64,000 bases of DNA from the human T2T-CHM13v2.0 reference genome, Homo sapiens. Numbering within the stretch: position 1 is the stretch's first letter; each line of letters begins with the position of its first letter. Positions 28,181 to 53,500 of this stretch are shown here, piece by piece. The notes beneath the pieces are model-generated. The model saw nothing but the letters and a program-made list of their open reading frames with translations. It had not been told where the DNA came from and searched no databases. Location of the stretch: NCBI RefSeq assembly GCF_009914755.1, contig NC_060925.1, one strand, 5' to 3'. The translations under genes and the position numbers were made by a program.

Positions 28181-28315
28181 TTATGTGAGTTGTAATCTGC
28201 CTTGAGCTGTTTCTCCAGCAGTGGGAAAGAGGGACTTTGAGCCATCCCTACTCTCCCTTCTAACTTTCTTTCCTAAGAGCCACAGAGAATTAAATGAGAT
28301 TGAGTAAGTGCTGCA

Positions 28316-28500
28316 TCAATCAGGGTTCTTGGTTGCAGGCCACAGAAACTGACTCTACTTTAAGCAAAACCAAAATTTATTAGAAGAATGTAGGGGCTCA
28401 TATAATCAAGAGGAAGCTGTGGGGCCAGGCGTGGAAAATCAGGAGGAACAAACAGAGCTCTGGAGGCCTGGCAGCTATGTTTGCACCACTCTAGGGGCTA
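28316..28500 (-). mobile_element. Old MLT1 LTR fragment
   Basis: tcagggttcttggttgcaggccacagaaactgactctactttaagcaaaa...atttattagaagaatgtaggggctca. Confidence 0.6.
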
Positions 28501-28510
28501 CTCTCAAAGT

Positions 28511-29086
<576 letters not shown>

Positions 29087-29573
29087 TCATTGCTTAACAT
29101 AGAATAGAATGGAAATGGCACTCCTCCTGGAGTTGTGCAGTATACAGCTGGCCTTGTCTGGAGGGAGGCTGAGCAGGCAAAACTGCATGCTGCAGGACAG
29201 GTGAGGTTTATGTGCTTTCTCAGTGATGAAGCTGGGGTTTCCAATCTCTTTTCCTGTTCTCTGTCTTTAGAGAGTCCATGGGTTGAGCTTAAGTCCAATG
29301 TCCAGCCCTGGCTATTCTATGGGACAGAAGGTGAAAAGATCTGGTCCACTTGGTTTCCTTTACAAGGGTGGTAAAGGGTGCCAGAACTGCCCTCACGTCA
29401 AGACTCCAAGTGTGTTCCTGTAGAGGTGGACTGGGGTATTAACAGGAAGAAAGAAGGCGATGGATGCTGACTGGCCAAAAGTCTATAGATGCCTTCACAA
29501 ATGCTTACAAATATCACCACTGCTGTTATATGACCCTTCCAGGTAGATCTAGGTGGCTCCTTCATTCATGTCC

Positions 29574-30607
29574 TATTGGGGGAACCAGCCCCCAATATTT
29601 CAGTGTAGGTTCTTTCTATTTTCCCTAAGTGTCGGCCAGTCTGAGAAATAAAGAGAAAGAATACAAAGAGAGAAATTTTACAGCTGGGCCTCCAGGGGTG
29701 TCATCACATATTGGTAGGACCGTGATGGCAACCCTGAGCCACAAAACCAGCAAGTTTTTATGAGGGATTTTAAAAGGGGAGGGGATGTATGAACAGGGAG
29801 TGGGTCACAAGGATCACATGCTTCAAAGGGCTATAAAGATCACAAGGCAAAGGCAAAATTAGAATTACTGATGAGGGTCTATGTCCCACTGTGCATGCAT
29901 TGTCTTGATAAACATCTTAACAGGAAACAGGGTTCAAGAGCAGACAACCGGTCTGACTAGAATTTACCAGGCTGGAATTTCCCAATCCTGGTAAGCCTGA
30001 GGGTACTGCAGGAGACCAAGATCTATTTCAGTCCTTATCTCAACCGCATAAGACAGACACTCCCAGAGCGGCCGTCTATAGACCTACCCCCAGGAATGCA
30101 TTCCTTCCCCAGGGTTATTCCTTGCGGGAAAAGAGTTCAGCAATATTTCTCCTACTTGCTTTCTGCAAGAAGAAAAATATGGCTCTATTCTGCCCTACCC
30201 CACAGGCAGTCAGACCTTATGGTTATCTTCCCTTGTTCCCTGAAAATCGCTGTTATTCTGTTCTTTTTCAGGGTGCACTGATTTCGTTATTGTTCAAACA
30301 CACATGTTTTACAATCCATTTGTACAATAGTGGTCCTGAGGTGATGTACATTCTCAGCTTATGAAGGTAACAGGATTAAGAGATAAAGACAGGCATAAGA
30401 AAGTATAAGAGTATTATTAGGGAAGTGATAAATGTCCATGAAATCTTCACAATTTATGTTCAGAGATTGCAGTAAAGACAGGAGTAAGAAATTATAAAAC
30501 TATTAATTTTGGGAACTGATAAATGTCCATGAAATCTTCACAATTTATGTTCTTCTACCTTGGCTCCAGAAGGTCCCTCCATTCAGGGTCCCTGACTTCC
30601 CACAACA
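29574..30607 (-). mobile_element. MER11 solo LTR (HERV-K HML-8)
   Basis: Minus strand starts tgttgtgggaagtcagggaccc and ends ggctggttcccccaata; characteristic internal repeat gataaatgtccatgaaatcttcacaatttatgttc twice; degenerate TSD atgtcc/gtgtct. Confidence 0.92.
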
Positions 30608-32345
<1,738 letters not shown>

Positions 32346-32626
32346 GACTCCTGACCCAGGAAGAGGTGTGGCTTCACTCAAACACAAGGGAAGATCAAGA
32401 CCCTGAAACCCCTGCAGCTTGTAATTGAACATCTTTTCCCACCCTCAGAAAGTTGTTAATGAATTCCTTCACTTCACCTCAAAGAATCTCCAGAGTGCAA
32501 AGCTAAAAGCTGAAGGCATTGACCTTTCAAGCTCCAAAAATGCTGCAAGAGCAGCTTCAAAAGAGGTATTAGTTTCAGAGCAGTGAAGATTTTCTCTCTT
32601 TTTTTTGTCCCCATTATCCTGCTTAA

Positions 32627-33284
<658 letters not shown>

Positions 33285-33339
33285 TGAAATGGAGCTGAAG
33301 CCTCATCCAGCCACTTGGCTGTCCCTTTATTTTATGTCT

Positions 33340-33825
33340 TTTCTTTCTCAAATCTCCTTCTTCTGATTTTTCTTTAGGGATACTACCCCTTCTCCACTCT
33401 CAGTCCATGTGACTTGGTTGGAATAACTTACCATGCTCCAGGAATGGGCATGCAGATCAGGTCTACACTAGTCAATCTATTTTACCCCTGGCCACAGTGA
33501 CTGCTTTGAATATGGCCATGTGACCCCATTCAAACAGAAGAGAGTCAGGACCAATGTAGGCCAATGAGCTCCAGGGGCATTAGGGCATCTTCCTGCTGGT
33601 TTTAAGAGAAGATAAGGTGTAAGCCTGGAGTTGTTGGTGCCAGTGCCAGAGCTTTCAATAAGCCTTCCTATATAACATTCCACAATAAAAAGACAAAGAG
33701 AGATAGGTCCTGATAACCTTGAGTCCCTGGATCCAGCCATACCTGAAGCCAATGGGATTTTCAGAGACATATTGCCTAAGATGGTTTGAGTTTCATTTCT
33801 GTTACTTGCCACCAAGGGATCTTTA
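33340..33825 (+). mobile_element. Old MLT1 (K/L-like) LTR
   Basis: ccccttctccactctcagtccatgtg...cccctggccacagtgact...ctggatccagccatacctgaagcc...ttctgttacttgccaccaag. Confidence 0.7.
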
Positions 33826-34317
33826 CTTATTCATCTACTCTTTCCTCCCAACTCACTGTTCATTCATTTGTTCCCTCTAACTCCTCTTCTGCTAGTGAGA
33901 GTGTGTCTTTAGGTCAGACATCAAACCCTGAAATAGGACACAAAAACACTTCCTGCTCAAAGTCAAAATAACTGGCTCAAGAAGGGAAAAGATCAGGCTG
34001 GCACGGTGGCTCACACCTATAATCCCAGCACTTTGGGAGGCTGAGGTGGGCGGATTACCTGAGATCAGGAATTCAAGACCAGCCTGGCCAACATGGCAAA
34101 ACCCCATCTCTACTAAAAAATACAAAAAACTGGCTGGGCCTGGTGGCGGGTGCCTGTAATCCCAGCTACTCAGGAGACTAAGGCAGGAGAATTGCTTGAA
34201 CCCAGGAGGCGGAGGTTGCAGCGAGCCAGGATTGCTCTATTGCACTCCAGCCTGGGCAACAGGTGAGAAACTCCGTTTCCAAAAACAAACAAAACAAAAC
34301 AAAAAATCTTTGAACTA

Positions 34318-34455
<138 letters not shown>

Positions 34456-35052
34456 TTAGCTAGGCACTGTGGCATGTGCCTGCAGTAGTCCTAGCTACTC
34501 TAGACGCTGAGATGGGAGGATCGCTTGAGTCGGGAGTTTGAGGCTGGGGTGAGCCATGATTGCACCATGGCACTCCAGCCTGGGAGACAGAACAAAACTC
34601 TGTCTCTACAAAACCTGAACTGATACTAAAATGAGTTATTTAATGAATAATCATTGATACCTAAATGATTGCTAACTAAAGATAGAAACAATGCTTACTA
34701 AACATAATTTAAAGTTTATATACTTCTGCTCATATGCTATATAAAATATTTATAAAATAGTATATGTACTATTTAAAATATTTGGGGTTATGTTAATGGA
34801 CATTTTTTAAAGGTGTAAAAAAGGATGTGTGGCTGTATAAAGTTGTACTGTTATCTTTGTTAGTCAGCTCCCATGCTGGATAAAGCAGACCGGCCTTAAT
34901 TACTTACCCTCTCTCCACCCCCTAGCTTGACCTGCAAAATAGAAGTCCATTACTTTGGTAAAAAGTAAAACTTTGGTATCAAAAAAAAATTAATATGAGT
35001 GGTTGAGATTACACTAGAAGCAACAGTGACCAAGAGATCCATCTTTATGTAA

Positions 35053-35910
<858 letters not shown>

Positions 35911-36590
35911 ACATTGTACTCAAGTAAAGCATTAATGTGGCCCAGAATATAAAAGAGCATTAAAAAAGACAAAACTCAAAAGTGAATTTCACTTCTCTTG
36001 GTTTGTCCATATCTGAGTCTGAAAAGGAGCTATGAAATACATTGAAATTGTATCAAAGTTTGCTCAATCTTGATGGGCTTGATTTACCGCAATATAAAAG
36101 GTTATTCTTTACTATATAATTACACAGAGAACAAAGACTCCAGGTCTTAATAAATTCTTTTTTCCCCCTAAATAATCAATTTACTTCAGGAATTCTCACT
36201 TATGAAGAAGCTAATGTTCTTTACCATTTTTGTTACCTTCTATGCTTATTTTTAAGTGCTTCTTGTCACAATTACAGGCACCCAAGATCCTATCTTAATC
36301 AAATGTCCAAATCTCCTTGACAACTGTTTTGATTTTTGCCTTCCTAAATTGAATCCTTAAATAGAAAAAAATAAAATAAAACTTTCAAAATATGTTCTTC
36401 ACCTAAAATGATCTTTGAGATTTCCCAAGTAACCCTGGAAAATCACAAAGATTTGTTCTTTCACTTTAGATGAAAAATGCAAGAAATAATTAGGTTTAAT
36501 TAAAAAGTTGGACGGGAAGAGTTGTCAATTCAGAAGAGATGCTCAGGTTAAATTTGTGTAATTAAAATATTATTCACATAAATATTTTAA

Positions 36591-36818
<228 letters not shown>

Positions 36819-37108
36819 TAGAGACGGGGTTTTCACCATGTTGCCTAGGCTGGTCTCAAACTCCTGGACTCAAGGAATCCACTGCCTCAGCCTCCCAAAG
36901 TGCTGGGATTACAGGCGTGAACTCCTGCTCCCGGCTGTCCCTTGTATGTTTTTATCCTTAAGGAGAACGCTCCCATGAGCTAGTTCTCTTATGAACTAGA
37001 ACTCCTGAAACAGATCTGTCGAGTTTTCCGACTTTTATCAAAGTCCTGGTCATGCTTTGCCTGATGATATTGGCAACAACAGTACAGTGTTATCAGCTAT
37101 GAGTTCAG

Positions 37109-37365
37109 TTTTCTTTCTTTCTTCCTTCCTTTCCTTTCCCTTCCCTTCCCTTCTCTTCCCTTCCCTTCCCTTCCCTTCCCTTCTCTTCCCTTCCCTTCAC
37201 TTCCCTTCCCTTCCCCTTCCCCTTCCCCTTCAATTCCCTTTCCCCTTTGCCTTCCCTTCCCCTTCCCCTTCTGTTCCCCTTCCCTTCCTCTTCCCCTTCC
37301 CTTCCTCTTCCCCTTCCCTTCCCCTTCCACTTCCCCTTTCACTTTCCTTTCCTTTCCTTTCTTTT
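37109..37365. repeat. Polypyrimidine (CCCTT/CCCCTT)n tract at an Alu tail
   Basis: Direct reading: about 255 bp, almost purely C/T. Confidence 0.95.
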
Positions 37366-37415
37366 TTTTATTTTGTTGAGACAGGGTATCTGTCACCCAG
37401 GCTGGAGTGCAGTGA

Positions 37416-37667
<252 letters not shown>

Positions 37668-38722
37668 TAAAATGTTTACTTGCCACAACCTTCCTTCTTT
37701 AATTTGAATCTATCATGGTCAAAGCCAGTGTGTCTTGGTTAGGATGCACATCAGACTCGTCATGGAACAGAGAGCTGTAAACATTTGTAAGGTGTCTAGG
37801 CTCTACTCTACTGTTACTGAATCTTTCTTCTTTTTTTTAAACAGTTTTGCTTTGTTGCCCAGGCTGGAGTGCAGTGGCGCAATCTCGGCTCACTGCAACC
37901 TCCACCTCCTGGGTTTGAGCAATTCTGCTGCCTCAGCCTCTGAGTAGCTGGGATTACAGGTGCATGCCATCACGCCCAGCTGATTTTTGGTATTTTAGTA
38001 GAGACGGAGTTTCACCATGTCAGCCAGGCTGGTCTCAAACTCCTGAGCTCAGGTAATCCATCTGTCTCAGCCTCCCAAAGTGCTAGGATTACAGGCATGA
38101 AGCCGCCACTCCTGGCCTGAATCTCTTTAGTTGATATTCTTGGTACCAAACTCCTGGGCTCATAAAAACAAAAATTATGTCCAGGAGCAGTGGCTCATGT
38201 CTGTAATCCCAACATTTTGGGAGGTTGAGGTGAGAGGATTGCTTGAGCCCAGGAGTTTGAGACCAGCTTGGGCAATATAGTGGGATCCCATCTCTATAAA
38301 AAATAAAAATAAAATTAGCTAGGCATGGTGGTGCATGCCTGTAGTCCAAGCTACTTGGGAGACTGAGGCAGGAGGATCACTTGAGCTCAAGAAGTTGAGG
38401 CGGTGGTGAGCCATGATCATGCCACTGCGCTCCAGCCTGGGCGACGGAGTCAGAACCTGTCTCAAAAAAAAAAAAATGTTTCTGTATTATCATATGTTCA
38501 ATCTCAAGATTTTCTTTCCTCTGTACAAATTATGTTCATACATTTCTATGAATCAGATGTAATATTTACTGATTTCTGTGCAGATAGATGTAATCAATTA
38601 TCTTTAGAGGTATTTTGTCAAAATTTTGGATGTGGTTTTATTATCTCTGTTTTGCATGCCACAGAAACAACCACATTTCCTTGTTTCCTGGCTCCTGTTA
38701 TGAACCTTCATCAGATCTTTCT

Positions 38723-38768
38723 TATTTTATTTTATTTTATATTGTATTGTATTGTATTGTATTGTATT
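38723..38768. repeat. (ATTTT)n/(ATTGT)n pentanucleotide repeat (Alu tail)
   Basis: Direct reading. Confidence 0.9.
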
Positions 38769-39608
38769 TTAAGATGGACTCTCGCTCTGTTGCCCAGGCT
38801 GGAGTGCAGTGGCACAATCTCGGCTCACTACAACCTCTGCTTCCTGGGTTCAAGCGATTCCCCTGCCTCAGCCTCCTGAGTAACTGTATTACAGGCGTGT
38901 GCCACCATGCCCAGCTAATTTTTTGTATTTTTAATAGAGACAGGGTGTCATCATGTTGGCCAGGCTGGTCTCGAACTCCTGACCTCAGGTGAGCTGCCCC
39001 CCTCGGCCTCCCAAAGTGCTGGGATTACAGGTGTGAGCCACCGAGCCCGGCCAGACCTTTCACATTTTAAGATGCTCTATAATAAATTAACCAAAGCCAT
39101 ATTAACTCTCTGTCATCTGCAATGCCTCAGAGGTTTACTGCTATAAGCTACAGGCTGGATTTGGTGTTTCGAACCAAGGACAGTCTCAGAGCTGTATGGG
39201 AAAGGACTGTACCAGGTACTTCAAACTGAGCTGAGCTGACATTACTTAGAAAATTCTTAGACTATTATCAATGGAATGAGTCAGGATTTCCAGGGCTGTT
39301 GAGGGTTAGAAGCAAATAGTTTCATGTTTAACTCAGAAGACAGCAGAATAAGAATTAATTACATAGGACTGAGTGAACTGATGAGGGAAATTTTATTGTA
39401 TTTTTCTAAACAAATATGTTTAGAAAACTGCTGGTGTTGTTTCAACGTTCCATTGTCCTTATTTATTAAAGAAGAAATGTCCTTTCTCTCTCTTCTTAAT
39501 CCATCTGTAACCATAACAATTTTGTCATCTCTGCTTTTATAAACGGAAAGAAACCATTTAAAGATGATATCTGATTCTCCCTGGCCTTCTAGAATTCAGA
39601 AACTCTTA

Positions 39609-39985
<377 letters not shown>

Positions 39986-40431
39986 TTACCAGGACAAATG
40001 GATTAATTGTAGCCAAGGCCTCACTTGGAGCATCATATCTGAGAATGGTGCTCACTAAATCAGGTGTGACAGGGCATTTTAAGGGATAAAATTTGTATTA
40101 ATACTTACGGAACACACGCCTACAAAGGTCTCCATGAAAACTGGCTTGGGGCCAGGTGCGGTGGCTCACACCTGTAATCCCACCACTTTGGGAGGCCAAG
40201 GCAGGCAGATCACCTGAGGTCAGGAGTTTGAGAACAGTATGGCCAACATGGTGAAACCTCATTTCTACTAAAAATATAAAAATTAGCCAGCTGTGGTGGC
40301 GGTAATCTGTAGTCCCAGCTACTGGGCAGGCTGAGGCAGGAGAATAGCCTGAACCGGGGAGGCGAAAGTTGCAGGAGCTGAGGTCGCACCACTGCACTCC
40401 AGCCTGTATGATAGAACCAGACTCTGTCTTA

Positions 40432-40728
<297 letters not shown>

Positions 40729-41660
40729 TCAGTCTCAAAAAAAAAAAAAAAAAAAAAAAAAAGAACAAACAAACAAAAAAAAGTGACTTGGTACCTGATT
40801 TACAGATATTAAAGACAGTCACTTCCTGGAAGGCCAGGAACTTTATGATATTCAGAGAACAAAAAAAGAGAAGAATTCACTCAGATATACAGGTTTGACA
40901 GGTGAAAGAAATTTTGTGGGAAGTGTCTTGAGCTGGGTGTCTTAACTTTGAAATAACAAATAATAGAGCCTTTTACGATTCCAGCTGGGAAAAGAATAAA
41001 GATTCCAATTGGAGATTCCTTATGAAAACTTCTAGACAAAAGCTAATTTTGTAATTGTTTGAAACGACATGGCTGTAAATTTTGTGAAGCACATTTAGGA
41101 GGCCTATACGACAAATTAATATTTTTTTTTCTTTGAGACAATGTGTCATTCTGTCGCCCAGGCTGGAGTGCAGTGGCGCAATCATGGCTCACTGCAGCCT
41201 CAACCTCCTAGGCTCAGGTAATCCTCCCACCTTAGCCTCTTTAGTAGCTGAGACTACAGGTGTGTGCCACCATGCCCAGCTAATTTTTTGTATTTTTTGT
41301 AGAGAAGGGGTTTCACGATGTTGCCCAAGCTAGTCTGGACCTCCTGGGCTCAAGTGATCCATCCACCTCGGCCTCCCAAAAGTGCTGAGGTTACAGGCAG
41401 GAGCCACCATGTCTAGCTGACAAATTAACTCTCTTGCTGTACCTACATAAACAATCAGACCACATCTAATGAGAACAGTCAATTTTTAAATCAAGAGTCA
41501 TTTTTCTTTAAGATTATAATGATCCTAAGGGGTTGGGGAGATCATAGGGACAAATTAGAAAAACCTCGACATTCAGTGGGTGTCCTGACTAGCTCAACCC
41601 ATAGGATTATTTTTGGCCCTTCGTTGTCTTTGAGCTACTTTATAGCTCTGTATCTTGTAG

Positions 41661-41972
<312 letters not shown>

Positions 41973-42249
41973 TGAGTCACTGTGCCCGGCCTGGTTCTTG
42001 TCCATAGAAATGCAACTTGTGTCCGGTAGAATGAAATTAATTATTGCCTTGTGGATATCAACCAACTTTGCCAGTTTCGTACCTAATCTGTAAGTTCACT
42101 TCCCTGTTCCTTACGCGACTATAACTGTGAGATATTTTGAACTAGTCGTAACATCTTATCAATTCCCTCATTACTTAATGTGTTCCACAAAATCTTTGAT
42201 ATGGGTTCATTTAATATCTGTATGAAAGTCATAATTTTATTGTTTTTGA

Positions 42250-42480
42250 AAATTACCCCTGGACTTAATATATATAAGGTGCTTAGAATAGGGTCTGGCA
42301 CCAAGTATGGACTCAGTAAATGTTAGCTTTTGTAAGTAACGGATTAATAACATCCCTTGTTTTATAGATGAACAGAATGAAGTGCAGAGGAGACAAGCAC
42401 ATTTGCTTAAATGGCACTGCTTGCTGGAGATGGAGCAGGAGCTAGAAGCCAAGTCTCTGCTATCAAGCCCCTGCTTTCTT
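42250..42480. mobile_element. MIR fragments
   Basis: aaggtgcttagaatagggtctggcaccaagta...ctcagtaaatgttagct; tttatagatgaacagaatgaagtgcagag. Confidence 0.65.
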
Positions 42481-42809
42481 GCTGCCACCCCCGCCCCACC
42501 CCTCTCCTACCCACAGTCCTCTCTGGCTGTGCTTTGCTGACCCTACACATTCTTTGGGTTTCATTCTGGATCCTTCTAGGCTAGGTTAGCAGCCCCAACC
42601 CCAACCTTTGTGTCTTCCCCTGTGAAGCTGGTATTGTAAATATATTGCAACTATCAATTTCTTCATCTAGGCCAGGTGAACTACTGGCTCATGCCTGTAA
42701 TCCCAGCACTTTGGGAGGCCGAGGTAGGAGGATGGTTTGAGGCCAGAAGTTTGAGACCAGTCTGGGCAGGATAGTGAGACCCCACCTCTAAAAAATAAAA
42801 AAAGAAAAT

Positions 42810-44170
42810 CATCTTCATCTAAGCCATGAGCCACACACAACCAAGGACCGAAACTGTCTTGATTGCCACCCAGCCTGGCACACAGCAAATAGAAACACCA
42901 GAAGTGAGGCCTCATATAGGTGTGGCGTTCTCTCCCCTGGGGATGGGGAGCAGGGCTGCTTTCCAGAACTGACTGGAAACCCTCTGCTCCTCCATCCTCT
43001 GACGGCCCAAAACTCCCCCAGGCTCCTGGCAGCTCTAGGCAATATCAAGCCTCCTAGAGAGGATGCCTGGAGCCACTAGCCTCTCAAGACTTGAGTTTCT
43101 GTTTTGTTTTTTTCCAAATAAAATTCCAGAAATCCAGGTTTAAAAATAACCAAGCAATGCAATCTTCTCCACCAAGCTGCTTGGCAAAAACAAACCCTCA
43201 ACAAAGACTAGTGTGCAGTCTCACTTCACACTTACTCATTTTCGGCCGCCAACTCAGCTCTGTTTTGGGTGGGGAGGAAAAGCGGGAGGCAGGACTCCCA
43301 GGGGCAGAAGCGCAAGGGCACAGGCGCTGGGCAGAAGCTGGGCTGGACCGTAGGGCCGCCCCGGCTTTGCAGGCACACACCCGTTTGGGAAGACAGCTGC
43401 TAGAGACTGCTGCGAAGTCCGGTTTTCCTTGGAGTCCCAACTTGCTGGTCTCCAGCCCTGGATCTGGCAAGAGATCAAAGCAGCCCTGGAAAATGGTCTC
43501 CATTCGTAATCCAGAATTCATTCTCCTTCCCCGGGGAGACATCAGCTTCTGCCTGAGCCTGCCTTTCCCCATTATTACTTAGGGAACTGGCCGGTCATAA
43601 TGGGGAGCAGCATTTATGCTCTTGCGGAACAACAACCTCAAGACTCCCCACTTTTTTTGACATGGTCTATTTTCTAACCTGTCATCCTTTTTTTAAGGCC
43701 CATTTTGTGGGTGAGAAAAACGTGTGATGGAAGAGAGGAAATTCAGGACCAGAGGCCTGGAAAACTGTCAGATTTCATATTTCCTCCTCCTTTGAATCAG
43801 CATTAATGCCCCTCAATGGGGTTTTCCTGCAAATGCTTGTATAACTCCCTTTTAAAACAATTTTTGCTGTTTTTTCCTTTCCCTGCCCCTGGGTAAGTTA
43901 TTCCAACTGACTACTTTCCACCTCAAAAGAAAGTAGTGGACAGGAAAAAAGTGGTCGTGTGGTCTGTTGGCTACAGCTCCAAGTGGAGCCAGGAGATTTG
44001 GGTTCTATTCTGAGCCTTTCTGAGAACATGACGAGGGGGAGGGACACAAACTCGGCTCTTTTACTGGAGTCCAGGGACTCCATGCCAACAGGAGGAAGTT
44101 ACTTATTCCGGATCAGAAGGGGACCAGGAACTGGCATTTATTAAACACCTGCAAAGCGCCACGCCCTTGA
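42810..44170. promoter_or_regulatory. Alu-free island with a CpG-retaining GC-rich core; candidate enhancer/promoter
   Basis: About 11 CpGs in 43243-43421; TCF/LEF-type AGATCAAAG at 43472-43480; ETS-type AGGAAGT at ~44093. Confidence 0.4.
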
Positions 44171-44178
44171 CCAACTAG

Positions 44179-46240
<2,062 letters not shown>

Positions 46241-46707
46241 AATTTAAAAATAAAAATAAAAATAAATGAACTTCAGGGGGACAAGGAGGAAGCTGGGGGA
46301 GTAGATGGGGCCATTGCAGTAACCAGGTGAGAAGTCACTGTGGCTCAGACAAGGTTGGGAGCAGTGGAGGCAGGCAGCGGTGGGCAGAGTCAGGAAGGCA
46401 GAGCCAGTAGGATTTTCCAATGGATTCAATGTGGGGTGCTTCAAGGCAACGCCAGGGTTTTTGTTGGGCAATTGGAAGAAGAGAGCCATCCATGGAGCTG
46501 AAGAAGGCTTCGGGTGTGGCAGGTCTGGGGGTGGAGGGAAGATCAGCAGTTATGCTTTGAGAATTGTGAATCTGACGTGTATCACTGCTCTCCATACAGG
46601 GCCAAATCAATAACATCCAAAAAGATGACTGAAGAGGCCCATATACGAAGCGCTTCCAAACAAACTGGCTAGTTCCAGAGTTTCCTCTCCACTGCCTTCC
46701 TCTACAC

Positions 46708-47532
46708 CAGCTGTTCTTAACCCAGGGGTCTGTGAACTTGGATGGAAAAAAAATTACACCTTTTTTTCTTTTCCCTTCACTGACCTCATGCTGGAATTTA
46801 GCATTTTCTTCCATTGTGATTGTAGGCAACAAACCCCTGCAGACTTAGCAGGACTGGCTCCTGTCACTGATAGAAACCATTGCTATTTTCATCTCACACA
46901 ACGGGTGCTCTGGATTATCCCCAAATATCTTTCACCCTCATCACTTCTTTGAATTTTTGGTCTTTTTGGATCTGCCATTAAGTCTTATTACTTAACGCAT
47001 TAACAAGCTCATAAATTATTATATCATAAATTTAAATTTGAAACATTTTTGATAATGGTATTTCACTATATTTGACCTCCCTTGTAGTCCTATGCATTTT
47101 ATTGTTTGTATGTAAAATCATTATTCTGAGGCTGGGTGCGGTGCCTCACCCCTGTAATCTCAGCATGTTGGGAGACCAAGGTGAGTGGAGTGCTTGAGCC
47201 CAGGAGTTACCACCCTGGGCCACATGGTGAAACCCCGTCTCTACAAAAAAAAAAAAAAAACACAAAAAGTAGCTGGGTGTGGTGGCGCTCGCCTGTAGTC
47301 CCAGCTACTTGGGAGGCTGAGGTGGGAGGATCACCTGACTCAGGAGAGGTTGAGGCTGCAGTGAACCGTGATGGCACTACCATGCTCCACCCTGGGCAAC
47401 AGAGTGAGTCCCTGTCTCAAAAACAACAATAATAATAATAATAAAAATAAAATAAATATTCTGAGAAAGGCCTCATCAGCTTCCCCAGACTGCTAAAGGG
47501 GGTCTGTGGCGCAAAAGAGTTAAGACCCCTGA
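46708..47532 (+). mobile_element. Charlie4a-like hAT DNA transposon with an Alu (47130-47430) inserted
   Basis: TIR-like ends cagctgttcttaacc and gttaagacccctg; internal ggggtctgtgaacttggatggaaaaaaattaca. Confidence 0.7.
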
Positions 47533-47665
47533 TCTAAGCTAAATATCTTCAGCAAGATGGGAGGGAAAAAAAAGTCATTAAAATGTCTTGATCATGCCAG
47601 GAACTCTGCCAGGAACTTTATATTCATGACCTCATTACTCCTCACAATTGCAAAGTGGATATGAA

Positions 47666-49935
<2,270 letters not shown>

Positions 49936-50151
49936 GCAAGAAGCTGATATCCTAAACACTAGATATTCTGCTTCACTTCAGTCCCTTTTGCTGATCTGGA
50001 GAGAATCAAATTAATATTTGACAATAAGGACTTCATATCAACATACTGATTTTTCCAGGAATCACACTGAGGAATTCACCTTCTGTTGGTGATTATTCAC
50101 CCTCAGCCTTACATTGTTCTCCATTGCACTGATAGCCTCCAACAATTGTCA

Positions 50152-50860
<709 letters not shown>

Positions 50861-51132
50861 CTATCCAATTCCAAAGTCTTTAAAACTCTCAAACACCTGG
50901 TAGATTGCACTCATCAGTTTATTTCTCTCATATCCCACTCTAGTCCACCATCAGTGAAAATCTTAACAATTCTCACACAATTGCGTGCCAGAGGCTATTG
51001 GTACTCCACAAATGACCAGTGACAGGGTCTTTGTTGCCAGCTAAATGGCAGGTGATCCAGCTCTGAGATCTCATTTTAGTTTGCTTCCTAAGACTACTTT
51101 GAGTGTCAGCTGACCTAGGTTGAGTTCTCTGC

Positions 51133-51471
51133 TGCTATGATGTGAATGTTTGTGTCACCCACCTCAATTCATATGTTGAAACTTAATCTCCAGTGTGGTA
51201 GGGCTAAGAGGTGGCACCTTTGGGAAGTAATTAGGTCTGGGATTAGTGCTTTTCTAAAAGGAGCCCAAGGGAGCTTGTTCGCCCTTCTACCATAAGAAGA
51301 CACAGGAAGAGGGTGCCAGGTATGGGGAGTAGACCCTCGCCAGACACCAATTCTGCTGGCACCTTCATCCTGTACTTGCAAGCCTTCAGAACTATGAGCC
51401 ATTGATTTCTGTTGTTTGTTGATTCCCCAGCCTAAGATATTTTGTTATAGCAGCCTGGATGGACTAAGACA
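51133..51471 (+). mobile_element. MLT1A-type LTR
   Basis: tgctatgatgtgaatgtttgtgtc...gcagcctggatggactaagaca; TSD tctgc/tctgt. Confidence 0.8.
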
Positions 51472-51518
51472 TCTGTGAAACAGATTCTGAGTCTGAAATC
51501 TGCAGGCAAGCAGTTTAA

Positions 51519-52352
<834 letters not shown>

Positions 52353-52549
52353 TCTTGCCTCTAGGCTAGCAAGCGAGGCATTTATACTCCCTCTTGGACC
52401 AGTCATTGGATGTAGGATGCCTTTGGGAAGGGCACTCGATCTTGGACAAAGCAACACTCTTTGGCTGAGCTGGGGTAGTGAGTGCCTCAGCCGCTGACAC
52501 GGGATCTGCGAGACTATCACAGCATCCTCCACAGAGTCTGTCTTTTTCG

Positions 52550-53500
<951 letters not shown>

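Noticed and set aside
30427-30552. ~35-bp direct repeats with a spacer, superficially CRISPR-like
   Set aside because: Only two copies, and they are the known internal duplication of the MER11 LTR in eukaryotic DNA.
43091-43582. 163-aa ORF in the GC-rich island as a CDS
   Set aside because: Non-ATG start, no recognisable domain, and long ORFs arise easily in GC-rich DNA.
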